Counted from the stretch's first letter, positions 1 through 10,298 are shown. The stretch is 64,000 nucleotides of DNA from Gammaproteobacteria bacterium (GCA_965116495.1 OZ220696.1:4224001-4288000); one strand, 5' to 3'. Made by a program: numbers and translations. Notes: generated by a model not told the origin, from the sequence alone.

Positions 1-1693
1 GTCCCTGAGGGAATTACATGAAACCCACGGGCACATACAGGAAATCATCATCCAGAACTTCCGGCGCAAACCCGGCACCAAAATGCATGACGCCCCGGAA
101 CCCACCCTGGACGAATTACTGTGGACCATCGCCATGGCCCGCATCATTTTCGGTCCCGGCATGAATATACAGGCGCCGCCGAACCTGACGCCCGACGCGC
201 TGCCGGACATCATCCAAGCGGGCATTAACGACTGGGGCGGCGTCTCACCCGTGACGCCGGACCACGTCAACCCGGAAGCGGCCTGGCCGCACCTGGAAAA
301 GCTCAGGGAGGCAACGGAGTCAACCGGCAAAGCGTTGGTGCCGCGCCTGCCGGTCTACCCGGGCTACATAAAGGCGCTGGACACCTGGATCGATCCGGCC
401 CTGCACACCCGGGTATTACGAAAAACGGATGCCGCCGGGTTTGCCCGCCCCGATGACTGGGCGCCGGGCACCCACCAACCCGTACCGGCACAACGAAATG
501 GGGCGCATCACGATAAAGGCGCACTCACCCACGTCATCGACAAGGCACTAGCCGGCAAGCGCCTGACAGAAACCGAGATCGCAGGGCTGTTCAACGCACG
601 CGCGGCCGATGATGTCCAGGTCCTCCAGGCCGCCGACGAACTGCGCCGCGAGGTCAACGGCGATACGGTCACTTACGTCGTCAACCGGAACATCAACTAC
701 ACCAATATCTGCTATTTCGGCTGCGGTTTCTGCGCCTTTTCTAAGGGGCGCGTGGCCGAGAACCTGCGCGAGCGCGGCTATAACCTCCCCCTGGCAGAAA
801 TCCAGGGGCGCGTCGCCGAGGCCTGGCAAAAAGGCGCGACCGAGGTCTGCCTGCAAGGGGGCATACACCCGGATTACACCGGCGAGACCTATCTTGCCAT
901 CGTCAAGGCCGTCAAGCAGACCCAGCCGGACATCCACGTACATGCGTTTTCACCGCTGGAAATCCGGCAGGGGGCGAACACCCTGGGTATGCCGCTACGA
1001 GACTACTTGGCAGAACTGAAGCAAGCCGGCCTGGGTACCCTGCCGGGCACCGCGGCGGAAATTCTCGATGACGAGGTGCGCGACATTTTGTGCCCGGACA
1101 AGCTCAATACGGCACAGTGGCTGGAGGTCATGAGGACCGCCCACTCGCTGGGTCTTAAGTCCACCGCCACCATCATGTTTGGTCACGTGGACGGACCGCT
1201 GAACTGGGCGCGTCACCTGCTGCGTATCCGCGACCTGCAGGTGGAGACGGGCGGGTTTACCGAATTCGTGCCGCTTCCCTTCGTGCACATGGAAGCGCCC
1301 ATCTACCGCAGGGGCCGGGCGCGCCAGGGTCCCACGTTCCGGGAAGCCCTGTTGATGCACGCCGTTGCCAGGCTGGTCCTGCACCCGCATATCACCAACA
1401 TACAGGCCTCCTGGGTAAAACTGGGCATGGACGGGATGAAGGCCTGCCTGGATGCGGGCGTCAACGACCTGGGCGGTACCCTGATGAACGAGAGCATCAG
1501 CCGCGCGGCCGGGGCCTCCCATGGCCAGGAGTTCACCGTCGCCAACATGCGCCGCCTGATTTCGTCTGCGGGCAGGGTGCCCCAGCAGCGTACGACCCGC
1601 TATGAACTGGTTGATGAGAGTGACGATTACCTTCACCTGACCAGCCTGCGCCAAGGCCCGGATGCTGCGGCCCGCGCCGCCGGCCATGGTTGA
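1..1693 (+). CDS. fbiC: FO synthase (CofG-CofH fusion), F420 biosynthesis; 5' end lies before the window
   Basis: Frame is open from the window edge (…HGHIQEIIIQNFRRKPGTKM). CofG tail GINDWGGVSPVTPDHVNPE, then a CofH radical SAM motif NINYTNICYFGCGFCAF and GGTLMNESISRAAG. Confidence 0.92.
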   Translation, partial: SLRELHETHGHIQEIIIQNFRRKPGTKMHDAPEPTLDELLWTIAMARIIFGPGMNIQAPPNLTPDALPDIIQAGINDWGGVSPVTPDHVNPEAAWPHLEKLREATESTGKALVPRLPVYPGYIKALDTWIDPALHTRVLRKTDAAGFARPDDWAPGTHQPVPAQRNGAHHDKGALTHVIDKALAGKRLTETEIAGLFNARAADDVQVLQAADELRREVNGDTVTYVVNRNINYTNICYFGCGFCAFSKGRVAENLRERGYNLPLAEIQGRVAEAWQKGATEVCLQGGIHPDYTGETYLAIVKAVKQTQPDIHVHAFSPLEIRQGANTLGMPLRDYLAELKQAGLGTLPGTAAEILDDEVRDILCPDKLNTAQWLEVMRTAHSLGLKSTATIMFGHVDGPLNWARHLLRIRDLQVETGGFTEFVPLPFVHMEAPIYRRGRARQGPTFREALLMHAVARLVLHPHITNIQASWVKLGMDGMKACLDAGVNDLGGTLMNESISRAAGASHGQEFTVANMRRLISSAGRVPQQRTTRYELVDESDDYLHLTSLRQGPDAAARAAGHG

Positions 1694-1735
1694 GCGATGA
1701 CGATCAGCAAGTTTCCAGCATGAATTGCCCGGTGC

Positions 1736-2353
1736 CTACAACACAAAGGATATATTCCCCTGCGCCTGGTCCGCATCGATCAGGTTGACCTGCTTGACTT
1801 CTATTAGCCAGTTCCCGCCGTCCCGGCGTTGCAGCACGTAACCGCCCATACAGGCAAGCGTGCCGTGGTCGCCTTTGCGGTAGGTATGGATGGTCAGGTT
1901 CGTACGCACGCGCAGTTCGGCCTCACCGGCAGCCCAGATTTCGATGTTGCTCAGGCAGTGTCGGGTACGGGTGGGCGGTAACTGCGAAAAAGCGAAGCCG
2001 GTGCGAAACCGGGCGATCTTGTCCTCCAGCCGGCGCCGGTCCTGTATCTCCCAGGTGATCGTGCGTCCCGGATTGTGGGGCGCTGGCTCACTGGGGATCC
2101 AGTAAACGCATTGTTCCTGGAACAGGTCGAGCCACTCCTCGAACCGGCCGTCGTCCAGCAGGCGGCACTCGCGGTTGAGCAGGGCGGTAATTTCGAGGTA
2201 GAGATCAGGCGCAATGGGTGGTCCCGGGTCGGTCCACTCTTTTGCTATTTTGTACAGGCGCCGGTAGTAGTCATTATCGACATAGGTGGAGGGACCCGGC
2301 TCCTGTTGCAGTAACTCCTTATTTGTCACATCAGTCCTCCAGATGCTGGTCAC
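1736..2353 (-). CDS. Aromatic ring-hydroxylating dioxygenase beta subunit
   Basis: Motifs ECRLLDDGRFEEWLDLF, YWIP and SQLPPTRTRH; overlaps the end of the alpha subunit gene. Confidence 0.88.
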   Translation of the reverse strand: MTSIWRTDVTNKELLQQEPGPSTYVDNDYYRRLYKIAKEWTDPGPPIAPDLYLEITALLNRECRLLDDGRFEEWLDLFQEQCVYWIPSEPAPHNPGRTITWEIQDRRRLEDKIARFRTGFAFSQLPPTRTRHCLSNIEIWAAGEAELRVRTNLTIHTYRKGDHGTLACMGGYVLQRRDGGNWLIEVKQVNLIDADQAQGNISFVL

Positions 2354-3656
2354 TGCCAGCGTCCAGGCTCATCAGGCGTTTCCATTCCTTGTAAAAGGTG
2401 CGCACGGTGATATCGCTGGTCACCGGCGCCCTGGTGCCGTCAATGTCAACCACTTCCCGCTCGCTGTGCAGGTGCCGGCTGCAATCCACCCATTCGGCCT
2501 CGGGGATACCGAGGCCGGCCTGGCAGGATTCGAAGTTCTCGACGTCATCCACTTCGCCGAACATGGGAAAATCCTCCTGGGTGCGCATACGCATCGCGTT
2601 CACCTCGTCCGGCAGGTTGGAGACGGTGGTGGCAAACCAGTAGAGATCGGTCTCGGCCACGCCCAGCGGGTCGATCAACTGTACCTGGTTGCCGATCAAT
2701 AACAGGTTCGGGAAAACAGTTAAGTTCATGCCGGCGCCCACCGCCAGTTCGAGCAGTCTATTTGCTTCATCATCACCGTATTTTTCCGGCAGGGACTGTT
2801 CCAGGTGCTCCCGCCCCGGCTGCGGGCGCTGCAATTCCCAGGCAGATACCGCGTGCATCTCCGGGCGCTGGTCCAGGTAGTAGTGCCCGTTCCGGAATGC
2901 CTTCACAAACATATTACTTGCGTCCGGATCAGCCGCAAAATACTGCATGTCCTTGTCTCCATAGCGGGATGCCGCCATCATCAGCAGAGAGCGGTGGGAA
3001 TAAGCCGGATGGTACCCGTCCCCCTGGTTGTCGGTGACGAATTTCCAGTTGGCGGCAATGCGATAGCGCTGGGTGCCGCTTACCTCTACCGCGCCCTCTC
3101 CGTAGCGGTCCAGCCACTCGTCAATAACTTGCTTACTGCCGGCAAGGTAGTCCTCGAGAGGTGCCTGTTCGGGATTGAGGCAACCGAAAATAAAACCACG
3201 GTATGAACTGACCCGCGGCACTGTCAACAGGTCGAATTTACCGCTTTCCCGGTCGGCATCGTAGGCATAGTCCAGGGGTACGGACACGGAACGGCCCGCC
3301 AGGTCATAGGACCATGAGTGATAGGGGCAGACAAATACTTTGGATTTTCCCTTATCTTCACGGCAGACCTTTGCGCCGCGGTGCGCGCAGCGGTTAAAGA
3401 GTACGTGGATACCGGCATCAGCATCACGGGTAATGATCACCGGGCGGCCGCCAAGATGGCGGGTGACAAAGTCACCTGCCGAGGGAATCTCACTCTCGTG
3501 ACCGACGAACACCCAGGTCCTGGCAAAGACGTTGCGCATCTCGCGCCGGAACAGCGATTCATTCGTATAAACCGAACGGTGGATGCGGTCTTCCTGGATG
3601 AAATAGTCCCAGTCAGCAGTAGAATCAGTAACATCCATTGAAGAAAACCTGTGCAT
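2331..3656 (-). CDS. Rieske ring-hydroxylating dioxygenase alpha subunit
   Basis: Rieske motif CAHRG…CPYHSW; mononuclear iron site NQGDGYHPAYSH…DDVENFE. Confidence 0.92.
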   Translation of the reverse strand: MHRFSSMDVTDSTADWDYFIQEDRIHRSVYTNESLFRREMRNVFARTWVFVGHESEIPSAGDFVTRHLGGRPVIITRDADAGIHVLFNRCAHRGAKVCREDKGKSKVFVCPYHSWSYDLAGRSVSVPLDYAYDADRESGKFDLLTVPRVSSYRGFIFGCLNPEQAPLEDYLAGSKQVIDEWLDRYGEGAVEVSGTQRYRIAANWKFVTDNQGDGYHPAYSHRSLLMMAASRYGDKDMQYFAADPDASNMFVKAFRNGHYYLDQRPEMHAVSAWELQRPQPGREHLEQSLPEKYGDDEANRLLELAVGAGMNLTVFPNLLLIGNQVQLIDPLGVAETDLYWFATTVSNLPDEVNAMRMRTQEDFPMFGEVDDVENFESCQAGLGIPEAEWVDCSRHLHSEREVVDIDGTRAPVTSDITVRTFYKEWKRLMSLDAGSDQHLED

Positions 3657-3849
3657 GAAAGGGTATCGAAAACAGGCGGAAAGTCATGGGTACAACGTAG
3701 CATAATCAGGGGGAAAGGTCACGGTATAGGGCGGGGTGGGTGGGCGCCGGTATCGGGTTGCAGTGAATAGACAGATTAATCACCACATATTATGCGGTGA
3801 TATCTTGTTCTTACCCTGAATAGCGATTATAATCACTGTAAATTATGCG

Positions 3850-4980
3850 GTGATTAGTATGTGGATACACGAACATCAGACTTGGCCGGACTTTACCTGG
3901 AATATTGAAACGCTTGCTTCCGGGCTGGCCGATTTGCGCCATCGCCAGGGCCGTTTACTTGGACGCATGGAAGGGCTTGGCTTTGAGTTAAAGCAGGAAG
4001 CTACACTCAGTGTGCTGACCAGCGATGTGGTTAAGTCCTCGGCGATTGAAGGGGAGAACCTGGATCCTGTAGAGGTGCGCTCATCTATTGCCCGTCGCCT
4101 GGGTATTGATACAGGCGGGCTCATTCCCGCCGGGCGCGATGTGGAAGGCATTGTCCAAATGATGCTCGATGCGACACAGGGCTTTTCCAGGTTACTGACC
4201 AGGGAACGTCTGTTTGACTGGCATGCTGCACTGTTTCCAACCGGCCGCAGCGCCATGCGGCGCATTATCGTGGGTAGCTGGCGTACTGCTGATGCCGGCC
4301 CCATGCAGGTTGTTTCCGGTCATATAGGCCGCGAGAAAGTGCATTTTGAAGCGCCGGGCGCTGAGCAACTCGAAGCTGAAATGGTTGCTTTCCTGGCATG
4401 GTTTGAGAAACAAGGCGATATTGACCCGGTTCTCAAGGCAGGTATCTCCCACCTGTGGTTTGTCACCATCCATCCCTTTGAGGATGGTAATGGCCGTATC
4501 GGCAGGGCAATCGCCGACATGGTGCTGGCGCGCGCCGACAACTCACCGGATCGTTTCTACAGCCTTTCCACGCAGTTTGAGGCCGAGCGGAAAGATTATT
4601 ACGCGCAACTGGAAAGACAGCAACGCAGTGCGCCGGAGATCACCGGCTGGCTCGAGTGGTTCCTGGGGTGTCTCGGACGGGCCATAACCAGTGCGGAACA
4701 AACGCTGGATAATGTCTTGTTCAAAGCGCTGCTATGGGACAGGATCAACCGAAACCCCGTCAACGAACGGCAACGCCTCGTCATCAACCGCATGCTGAAA
4801 GATGGCTTTGAAGGCTACATGAACACATCCAAATATGCCAGGATGGTCAAGTGCTCGAACGATACGGCGCTGCGGGATATCCAGGATTTGAAGATGCGCC
4901 GGATTTTTGTACAGAACCCCGGGGGCGGCCGCAGCACCAGTTACCGGTTGCCGGACAGGGACGAAGTCGGCCCTGATTAA
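3850..4980 (+). CDS. Fic family protein (DUF4172 N-terminus, C-terminal HTH)
   Basis: Fic motif HPFEDGNGRIGRA; N-terminal WPDFTW. Confidence 0.92.
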   Translation: MISMWIHEHQTWPDFTWNIETLASGLADLRHRQGRLLGRMEGLGFELKQEATLSVLTSDVVKSSAIEGENLDPVEVRSSIARRLGIDTGGLIPAGRDVEGIVQMMLDATQGFSRLLTRERLFDWHAALFPTGRSAMRRIIVGSWRTADAGPMQVVSGHIGREKVHFEAPGAEQLEAEMVAFLAWFEKQGDIDPVLKAGISHLWFVTIHPFEDGNGRIGRAIADMVLARADNSPDRFYSLSTQFEAERKDYYAQLERQQRSAPEITGWLEWFLGCLGRAITSAEQTLDNVLFKALLWDRINRNPVNERQRLVINRMLKDGFEGYMNTSKYARMVKCSNDTALRDIQDLKMRRIFVQNPGGGRSTSYRLPDRDEVGPD

Positions 4981-5149
4981 CTCGTTCACGATAAAGATTT
5001 CAAGCAGCTTTCCATAACGGTAGCTGCCGGAGGAGATATACGAGATCCGGTCGGCGATGGATATTCGCCCTGGTAGGGCTTAACCCGACATCGGCCCCTC
5101 CGGAGACTCCCTCCCCACAGCCTGAACCACCTGCCGATCAGGAATTATT

Positions 5150-5166
5150 TGATTGCAATGCAATCA
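5150..5166. promoter_or_regulatory. Palindromic operator upstream of the FitA-like antitoxin
   Basis: TGATTGCA-A-TGCAATCA is a perfect inverted repeat about 40 bp before the start codon. Confidence 0.6.
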
Positions 5167-5207
5167 TCATTTATCATTCCGGATATTTCAAAGACAGGGG
5201 CAATGTC

Positions 5208-5453
5208 ATGGCAAGCATCACAATTCGTAACCTGGATGACAGCGTAAAGACACGTCTCAGGATTCTCGCAGCCGGACACGGACGCTCCATGGAAGAGGAA
5301 GTCCGCCTGATACTGGCCGGAGCGGTCGAGCAGGATTTGTCGCCTGCGAAAGGATTAGGGACGGCGCTGCATGAACTCTTCAAACCTCTCGGCGGCGTCG
5401 AACTGAAGTTACCCCCTCGCGAGCCGATGCGGGAACCGCCGCCGTTCGAGTAA
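5208..5453 (+). CDS. FitA-like ribbon-helix-helix antitoxin
   Basis: MASITIRNLDDSVKTRLR…GRSMEEEVR; directly upstream of a PIN toxin. Confidence 0.88.
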   Translation: MASITIRNLDDSVKTRLRILAAGHGRSMEEEVRLILAGAVEQDLSPAKGLGTALHELFKPLGGVELKLPPREPMREPPPFE

Positions 5454-5460
5454 TCCGGCA

Positions 5461-5883
5461 TTGTTCATTCTCGATACCAACATCGTCTCGGAGGTGATGC
5501 GCAATGTCCCGAGTCCGGAAGTTATGGACTGGCTGGATGAGCGTCCCAAACGCGACTTTTACGTTACCGCCGTTACACAGGCAGAGATTCTTACCGGTAT
5601 AGCATTCCTGCCCGAGGGCAGGAGGCGAAGCGAACTTGTCAAGGCAGCCGAGTATGCTTTTAACAACCTGTTTAGTGGACGAGCGCTCACTTTTGACAGT
5701 GCGGCGGCACATGCTTATGCGGAAATCGCTTCGGCGCGTCGCAGCGCCGGAAAACCGATATCCCAGTTCGACGGGCAGATTGCCGCCATGGCGCGGTCGA
5801 GAAGTTTGACTGTCGCAACGCGGAATGTGGCGGACTACGAAGGTTGCGGCATCACTGTTACCAACCCATGGAGTGACAGATGA
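5461..5883 (+). CDS. VapC/FitB PIN-domain toxin
   Basis: ILDTNIVSE, DGQIAA and ATRNVADY motifs. Confidence 0.9.
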   Translation: MFILDTNIVSEVMRNVPSPEVMDWLDERPKRDFYVTAVTQAEILTGIAFLPEGRRRSELVKAAEYAFNNLFSGRALTFDSAAAHAYAEIASARRSAGKPISQFDGQIAAMARSRSLTVATRNVADYEGCGITVTNPWSDR

Positions 5884-5917
5884 GCCTATTGTTTCCTGAG
5901 CAGGATTATGAGCGAGT

Positions 5918-6390
5918 TCTTAAGGAGGCGCCATGACCGAACTCTACATTGACGATTGCATCAACGAGACCTGAATGTCCCAATTCCTGAAGAACCTGCC
6001 CGTGGGTAGCTGGAACAAGGAAATTCAGGGGATAGCAAACACATCAGGGATCGGTTATTTGAGTTACGTTTATTTTTTGGACCTGGCTATCGAGTCTACT
6101 TCGGCAAAGATGGTGATACAGTTATCGTATTACTGGCCTCCCTGCGCGTCATAGCCAAAGTAAAAGGAATTTCAGCGCTTGCCATAGAGACTGGCATGTC
6201 CAGGCAGGGATTACAGAAAGCGATTTCAAGCAGGGGAAACCCGCGGCTGGATAACATCAATGCGATCATCCGCGCCCTGGGTTATCGTCTGACGCCGGTG
6301 AGAATATAAATCCCGGCCAGTCCAGGCTGAGTTAACGCCTGGCGGCAGAAAATGCGTCCAGGATGTATACCATGAAAAAGACATACCATA
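5918..6390 (+). pseudogene. Patchwork of gene fragments: YHS-like start, addiction-module killer and antidote, GFA start
   Basis: Segments match ~36172-36225, 36394-36414, ~32088-32215 and ~32415-32665, with internal deletions. Confidence 0.85.
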
Positions 6391-6463
6391 AATCGACTGA
6401 ACGCCAACCTTCTGATACGCTAAGGATTAATCACATGCAGACAAATACCGAAGGGGGCTTAGT

Positions 6464-7705
6464 ATGGCAAAACATGTTGTTATTGCAGGTGGGGGCACCG
6501 CCGGCATTACGGTCGCCGCGAGCCTGGCGCGCCAGGTAAAAAACAGTGAAGTAGATATTACCGTAATCGAACCGTCCGCCGATCATTACTATCAGCCCGC
6601 CTTTACACTGGTTGGCGCGGGGACATACAGCCTTGAAAAAACCCGGAGAGACGTAAAGAAACTGATCCCGCCAAAGGTAAACTGGATGAGGGATTCGGTA
6701 ACCGGATTTGACGCGGAAAATAACACAGTTAAGGTCGGATCAGGGGCAACTGTCAGTTACGACTACCTGGTTGTATGTCCTGGTCTCGAATTAAACTGGG
6801 AAAAAATTCAAGGCGCGGAAGACGCATTGGGACAGAACGGCGTATCCAGCAACTACTCGCCTGCGCATGCGGAATACACCTGGGAGGGGATCAAAAACCT
6901 CAAACCGGGTGCAAAGGCCTTGTTCACCCAGGCCCCCCTGCCGTTTAAATGCCCTGGCGCACCGCAGAAAATTGCCTATTTGGCGGCGGACCATTTACGC
7001 AACAAGGGGATATTGAAGGATTGCGAATTACACTTTCTGACCCACGCCCCGGGGATGTTTGCCGTACCCCTGTTTGCTGCGGAACTGAAGGACGTGGCAG
7101 CGCGTTATGGTATCCATGTTCACTTTCAACATAACTTGGTCGCAGTGGATGGGGAACACAAAAACGCCACGTTCGAGGTAGCAGGAGGTGACCAGAAAGG
7201 CAAATCAGTCACTATGGATTTTGACATTCTTCACATGACCCCGCCGCAATCGCCGCCGGAGGTGATAAAGACGAGCGTGCTGGCGAATGAGGGTGGGTTT
7301 GTCGACCTGAATCAAAACACCATGCAACATACCAGGTTTGCCAATGTATTTGGCCTTGGTGACGCAGGTTCTACCCCGAATTCGAAAACCGCTGCGGCAG
7401 TTCGTAAACAGGCCCCTATCGTGGTGAAAAACCTCTTGACACTCATCAATGGCGGCGAACTGGACACAGGTTACGACGGTTATGCGTCCTGTCCCTTAAC
7501 CACGGCATACGGGAAAGTGATCATGGCTGAATTTTGTTACGGGGGAAAAGTCACACCGACGTTCCCGCTGGACCCGCGCAAGGAGCGCTGGAGTTACTGG
7601 TGGATCAAAACAACCGGCCTGCCGGTATTCTACTGGAATTATATGCTGAAGGGCTATGAGTGGTTTTTAAAGCACGATACAGATTTCGTTGAACCGGCAA
7701 CTTGA
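6464..7705 (+). CDS. sqr: Sulfide:quinone oxidoreductase (type II-like), copy 1
   Basis: GGGTAG FAD motif, HYYQPAFTLVG, KCPGAPQK, YDGYASCPL. Confidence 0.85.
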   Translation: MAKHVVIAGGGTAGITVAASLARQVKNSEVDITVIEPSADHYYQPAFTLVGAGTYSLEKTRRDVKKLIPPKVNWMRDSVTGFDAENNTVKVGSGATVSYDYLVVCPGLELNWEKIQGAEDALGQNGVSSNYSPAHAEYTWEGIKNLKPGAKALFTQAPLPFKCPGAPQKIAYLAADHLRNKGILKDCELHFLTHAPGMFAVPLFAAELKDVAARYGIHVHFQHNLVAVDGEHKNATFEVAGGDQKGKSVTMDFDILHMTPPQSPPEVIKTSVLANEGGFVDLNQNTMQHTRFANVFGLGDAGSTPNSKTAAAVRKQAPIVVKNLLTLINGGELDTGYDGYASCPLTTAYGKVIMAEFCYGGKVTPTFPLDPRKERWSYWWIKTTGLPVFYWNYMLKGYEWFLKHDTDFVEPAT

Positions 7706-8018
7706 GCAGGATTTCCGCCGGATGAACCGTGATTGACACAAGCGGTGAGTCAAGAGTCCTTGGGATCGGACCAGTCCAGTTTTCCGGACAGACACATCCT
7801 CTACGCTGGCTTGCTCCGGGAGCATAAAGCTACCTGCGCGCGACGCTCCGGGCTCAGCACACTGACTATGTCAGGTTCAGTTGCCTGCTGCATATTTCGT
7901 TGACAGGCAGGCAAAAGCCATAATAATTAATTTAATTACGTTGATTAAGTTTCAGGCTTCAAAATGAAGTTATTCCTTGGTCTTCATAAGAAATCAATCA
8001 TATTTTTGAGGATAAATA

Positions 8019-8270
8019 ATGGAAACCTACAGTTCAACCGATGCCAAACGGGAGTTTGGCGAAGTGCTTACCAAATCACAACGAGGGCCGGTGAGTGTCA
8101 CTCGTAATGGCAAACCTATCGCGGTGGTCCTATCCAACGTTGATTATGAAGAAATGAAGTTACAGGCATTGCGAGCCAAACTCATCAGGGGACAAAACAG
8201 CCCCGTCGTGGAAAACTGGAACACAGACGAGTTTTTAGCCAGGGCAAGAAAACGCGTCAGTGAGCAGTAA
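8019..8270 (+). CDS. Phd/YefM-family antitoxin
   Basis: TDAKREFGEVL…PVSVTRNGKPIAVVLS; overlaps the toxin start. Confidence 0.85.
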   Translation: METYSSTDAKREFGEVLTKSQRGPVSVTRNGKPIAVVLSNVDYEEMKLQALRAKLIRGQNSPVVENWNTDEFLARARKRVSEQ

Positions 8271-8571
8271 ACGCAACTTCCAGGTACGCCAGACTGCGGA
8301 TGACGATCTACTCGACATATTCGTCTACGGATGTGAAAAATTCGGTATAGATACTGCCGAAGCTTATATTTACGTGTTGGAAGCCGGCTTCCAGCGGCTC
8401 ACTGAACACCCGAAACTTGGCCGGTCAATTGATCAAACCATAGCGGGCATTCGAGCTCTACCTGCTGTTTCGCATGTAATCTACTACCAGGTAACAGATA
8501 CCACCATCGATATTATCCGTATCCTGCATAAGTCCATGCTTGCTGAACGACATTTCACCGCCGGGTCCTAG
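8260..8571 (+). CDS. ParE/RelE-family toxin
   Basis: ADDDLLDIF…FGIDTA…HPKLGR…HVIYYQ…IIRILH. Confidence 0.88.
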   Translation: MSSKRNFQVRQTADDDLLDIFVYGCEKFGIDTAEAYIYVLEAGFQRLTEHPKLGRSIDQTIAGIRALPAVSHVIYYQVTDTTIDIIRILHKSMLAERHFTAGS

Positions 8572-8676
8572 GGAGGCGCCATGACCGACTTCAACAAAGA
8601 GTCAGAAGACTCTGGAAAAAGACTTGAATCTTGCAATGTCCCGAGCCGTTTGGCCGCGTTTGGGGTCGGACCAGTC
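8570..8676 (+). pseudogene. Fragment patchwork: YHS-like start, RelE/Gp49 3' end, GGGGTC motif
   Basis: ggaggcgccatgaccgac matches the YHS-like gene starts; aagagtcagaagactctggaaaaagacttgaatcttgcaatgtcccg matches ~31426-31473. Confidence 0.8.
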
Positions 8677-8779
8677 GAGACTGACATAACCAGCTGAATA
8701 ATAAAAGAATAAATAAAGTAAGACGTGTACTTTAACGCTTAGAGCACAGTTTTTAGAGGCAAAACCAGGGTTTTCGGTA

Positions 8780-9970
8780 TTACCCCCGGAGCAGTGCCTT
8801 TGTACCCTCCTGCCACGGCAATACCTGTATCGGACCGAGGGAATAGTTATGCGTTGTCCGGCACAGGCAGAACAATTCAGCCGTATTATTTTCAGAAGCA
8901 AAGGCCCTGAGTCCTTTCAAATCAGACTCGCCGGGCGAGGATTGTGATTTGATCTCAATGGCCCTGGGCGTATCATGCGGGCCGCGTGTCAAAACCAGGT
9001 CAACTTCCAGTCCGGTATTGGTGCGCCAGTAATAAAAACGGTAACCCGTCTCGTTATAGTCATTGGCCCTGATTAACTCGTTCACGATAAAGGTTTCAAA
9101 CAGCTTTCCATAACGGTAGCTGCCGGGTTTCAGTTCGGTTTGCAACTCTCCCCTGACGGCATTCAGCACACCGCAATCAAAAAAATAATATTTCGGGCTG
9201 TGGCGCAATTGTTTGCGTACCGAATAACTCCAGCCGTCAATGCGGAAAGCAACCAGGGTATCTACCAGTATGTCAAAATACTCCTGCGCGGTTTTCACGC
9301 TGACACCGCTGTCCCGGGCAATGGAGGAATAATTCACGGGTTCGCCGTTGACCTGTCCGGCAATATCAAGCAGGCGCATGAAATGGTCGACTTTCCTGAC
9401 CAGGAGCTCCTGTATGACCTCTTCCTTGAGATAGGTTTCCACGTAGGCTTTCAGTGAGCGCCTTGCCGAGGACAGGGTTTCCTGGTAGAAACCCGGTAAG
9501 GTGCCGATGGTAAGCGCCTTGCGCAGGTCGGGTTCCACCTCCTGTGAGCTCAGGGGGTGCAGCTTCAGCGTCCAGGCGCGTCCGGCCAGGAGATTGGCCC
9601 CGGACCGTTTCAACTTCCTGGCGCTGGAACCCGTTAACAGGAACTGAACCCGGCCTTTATGAGTCTCTATCAGGTAATGTACCTCATCCAGGAGTCCGGG
9701 CAGTTTCTGCACTTCGTCGACAAGCACGGTCAGCGTTTCCTGTGCGGGAATATCCCGCAGACTTTGTTCGATTTCGAGGCGAAATAGGCCCGGTTCGGAG
9801 ATATAGCGCCTGAACGCGTCAAGGCTCAGCAAATCAATGCTTGCAGTGTGGCGCGCCCGGGCCAGGTAATGCTGTGCCAGCACAGTCTTTCCCACCCCCC
9901 TGGGGCCAAACAGGAAGGCGGACTTTTTTCCCTTGAGAAGTTTGACCAGGTTGAGTTTTCTTTCATACAT
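8780..9970 (-). CDS. AAA_14 ATPase with DUF4143 domain
   Basis: Walker A GPRGVGKT, Walker B VDEVQK, LTGSSARKL, YYWRT…EVDLV…AIEIK. Confidence 0.9.
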   Translation of the reverse strand: MYERKLNLVKLLKGKKSAFLFGPRGVGKTVLAQHYLARARHTASIDLLSLDAFRRYISEPGLFRLEIEQSLRDIPAQETLTVLVDEVQKLPGLLDEVHYLIETHKGRVQFLLTGSSARKLKRSGANLLAGRAWTLKLHPLSSQEVEPDLRKALTIGTLPGFYQETLSSARRSLKAYVETYLKEEVIQELLVRKVDHFMRLLDIAGQVNGEPVNYSSIARDSGVSVKTAQEYFDILVDTLVAFRIDGWSYSVRKQLRHSPKYYFFDCGVLNAVRGELQTELKPGSYRYGKLFETFIVNELIRANDYNETGYRFYYWRTNTGLEVDLVLTRGPHDTPRAIEIKSQSSPGESDLKGLRAFASENNTAELFCLCRTTHNYSLGPIQVLPWQEGTKALLRG

Positions 9971-10298
9971 ACTCCATAAATATATTATAAATTTGGAGTA
10001 TAGTCAATATTGTTCTAACTGATCGCGTTCCAGAGACGAGGGTGTGCAATGTGCGACCAGACCCCGTTTGCGCGGAAATTTCCACAGCCCGCTTCCGAAA
10101 AACCTCATAACGCACCCCGGCTTTCCGGCAGGCGATCCTGATCCGGTACTCAAACCGGCCTTCCCGGCCATCCGTGTCATAAATCACCACCGCCGGCCGC
10201 TTGCCGGTCACGTGACTGAAAAACAGCGCTATCAACGACAACATGCTGAGACCCAACAGCTTCATCAGCAACCTTTTGATACGGGTTAATACCATCAT
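9963..10298 (-). pseudogene. Internally deleted copy of the 15009-15611 gene
   Basis: Same N-terminus and same C-terminal block; about 340 bp are missing at a cagcgc microhomology. Confidence 0.85.
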
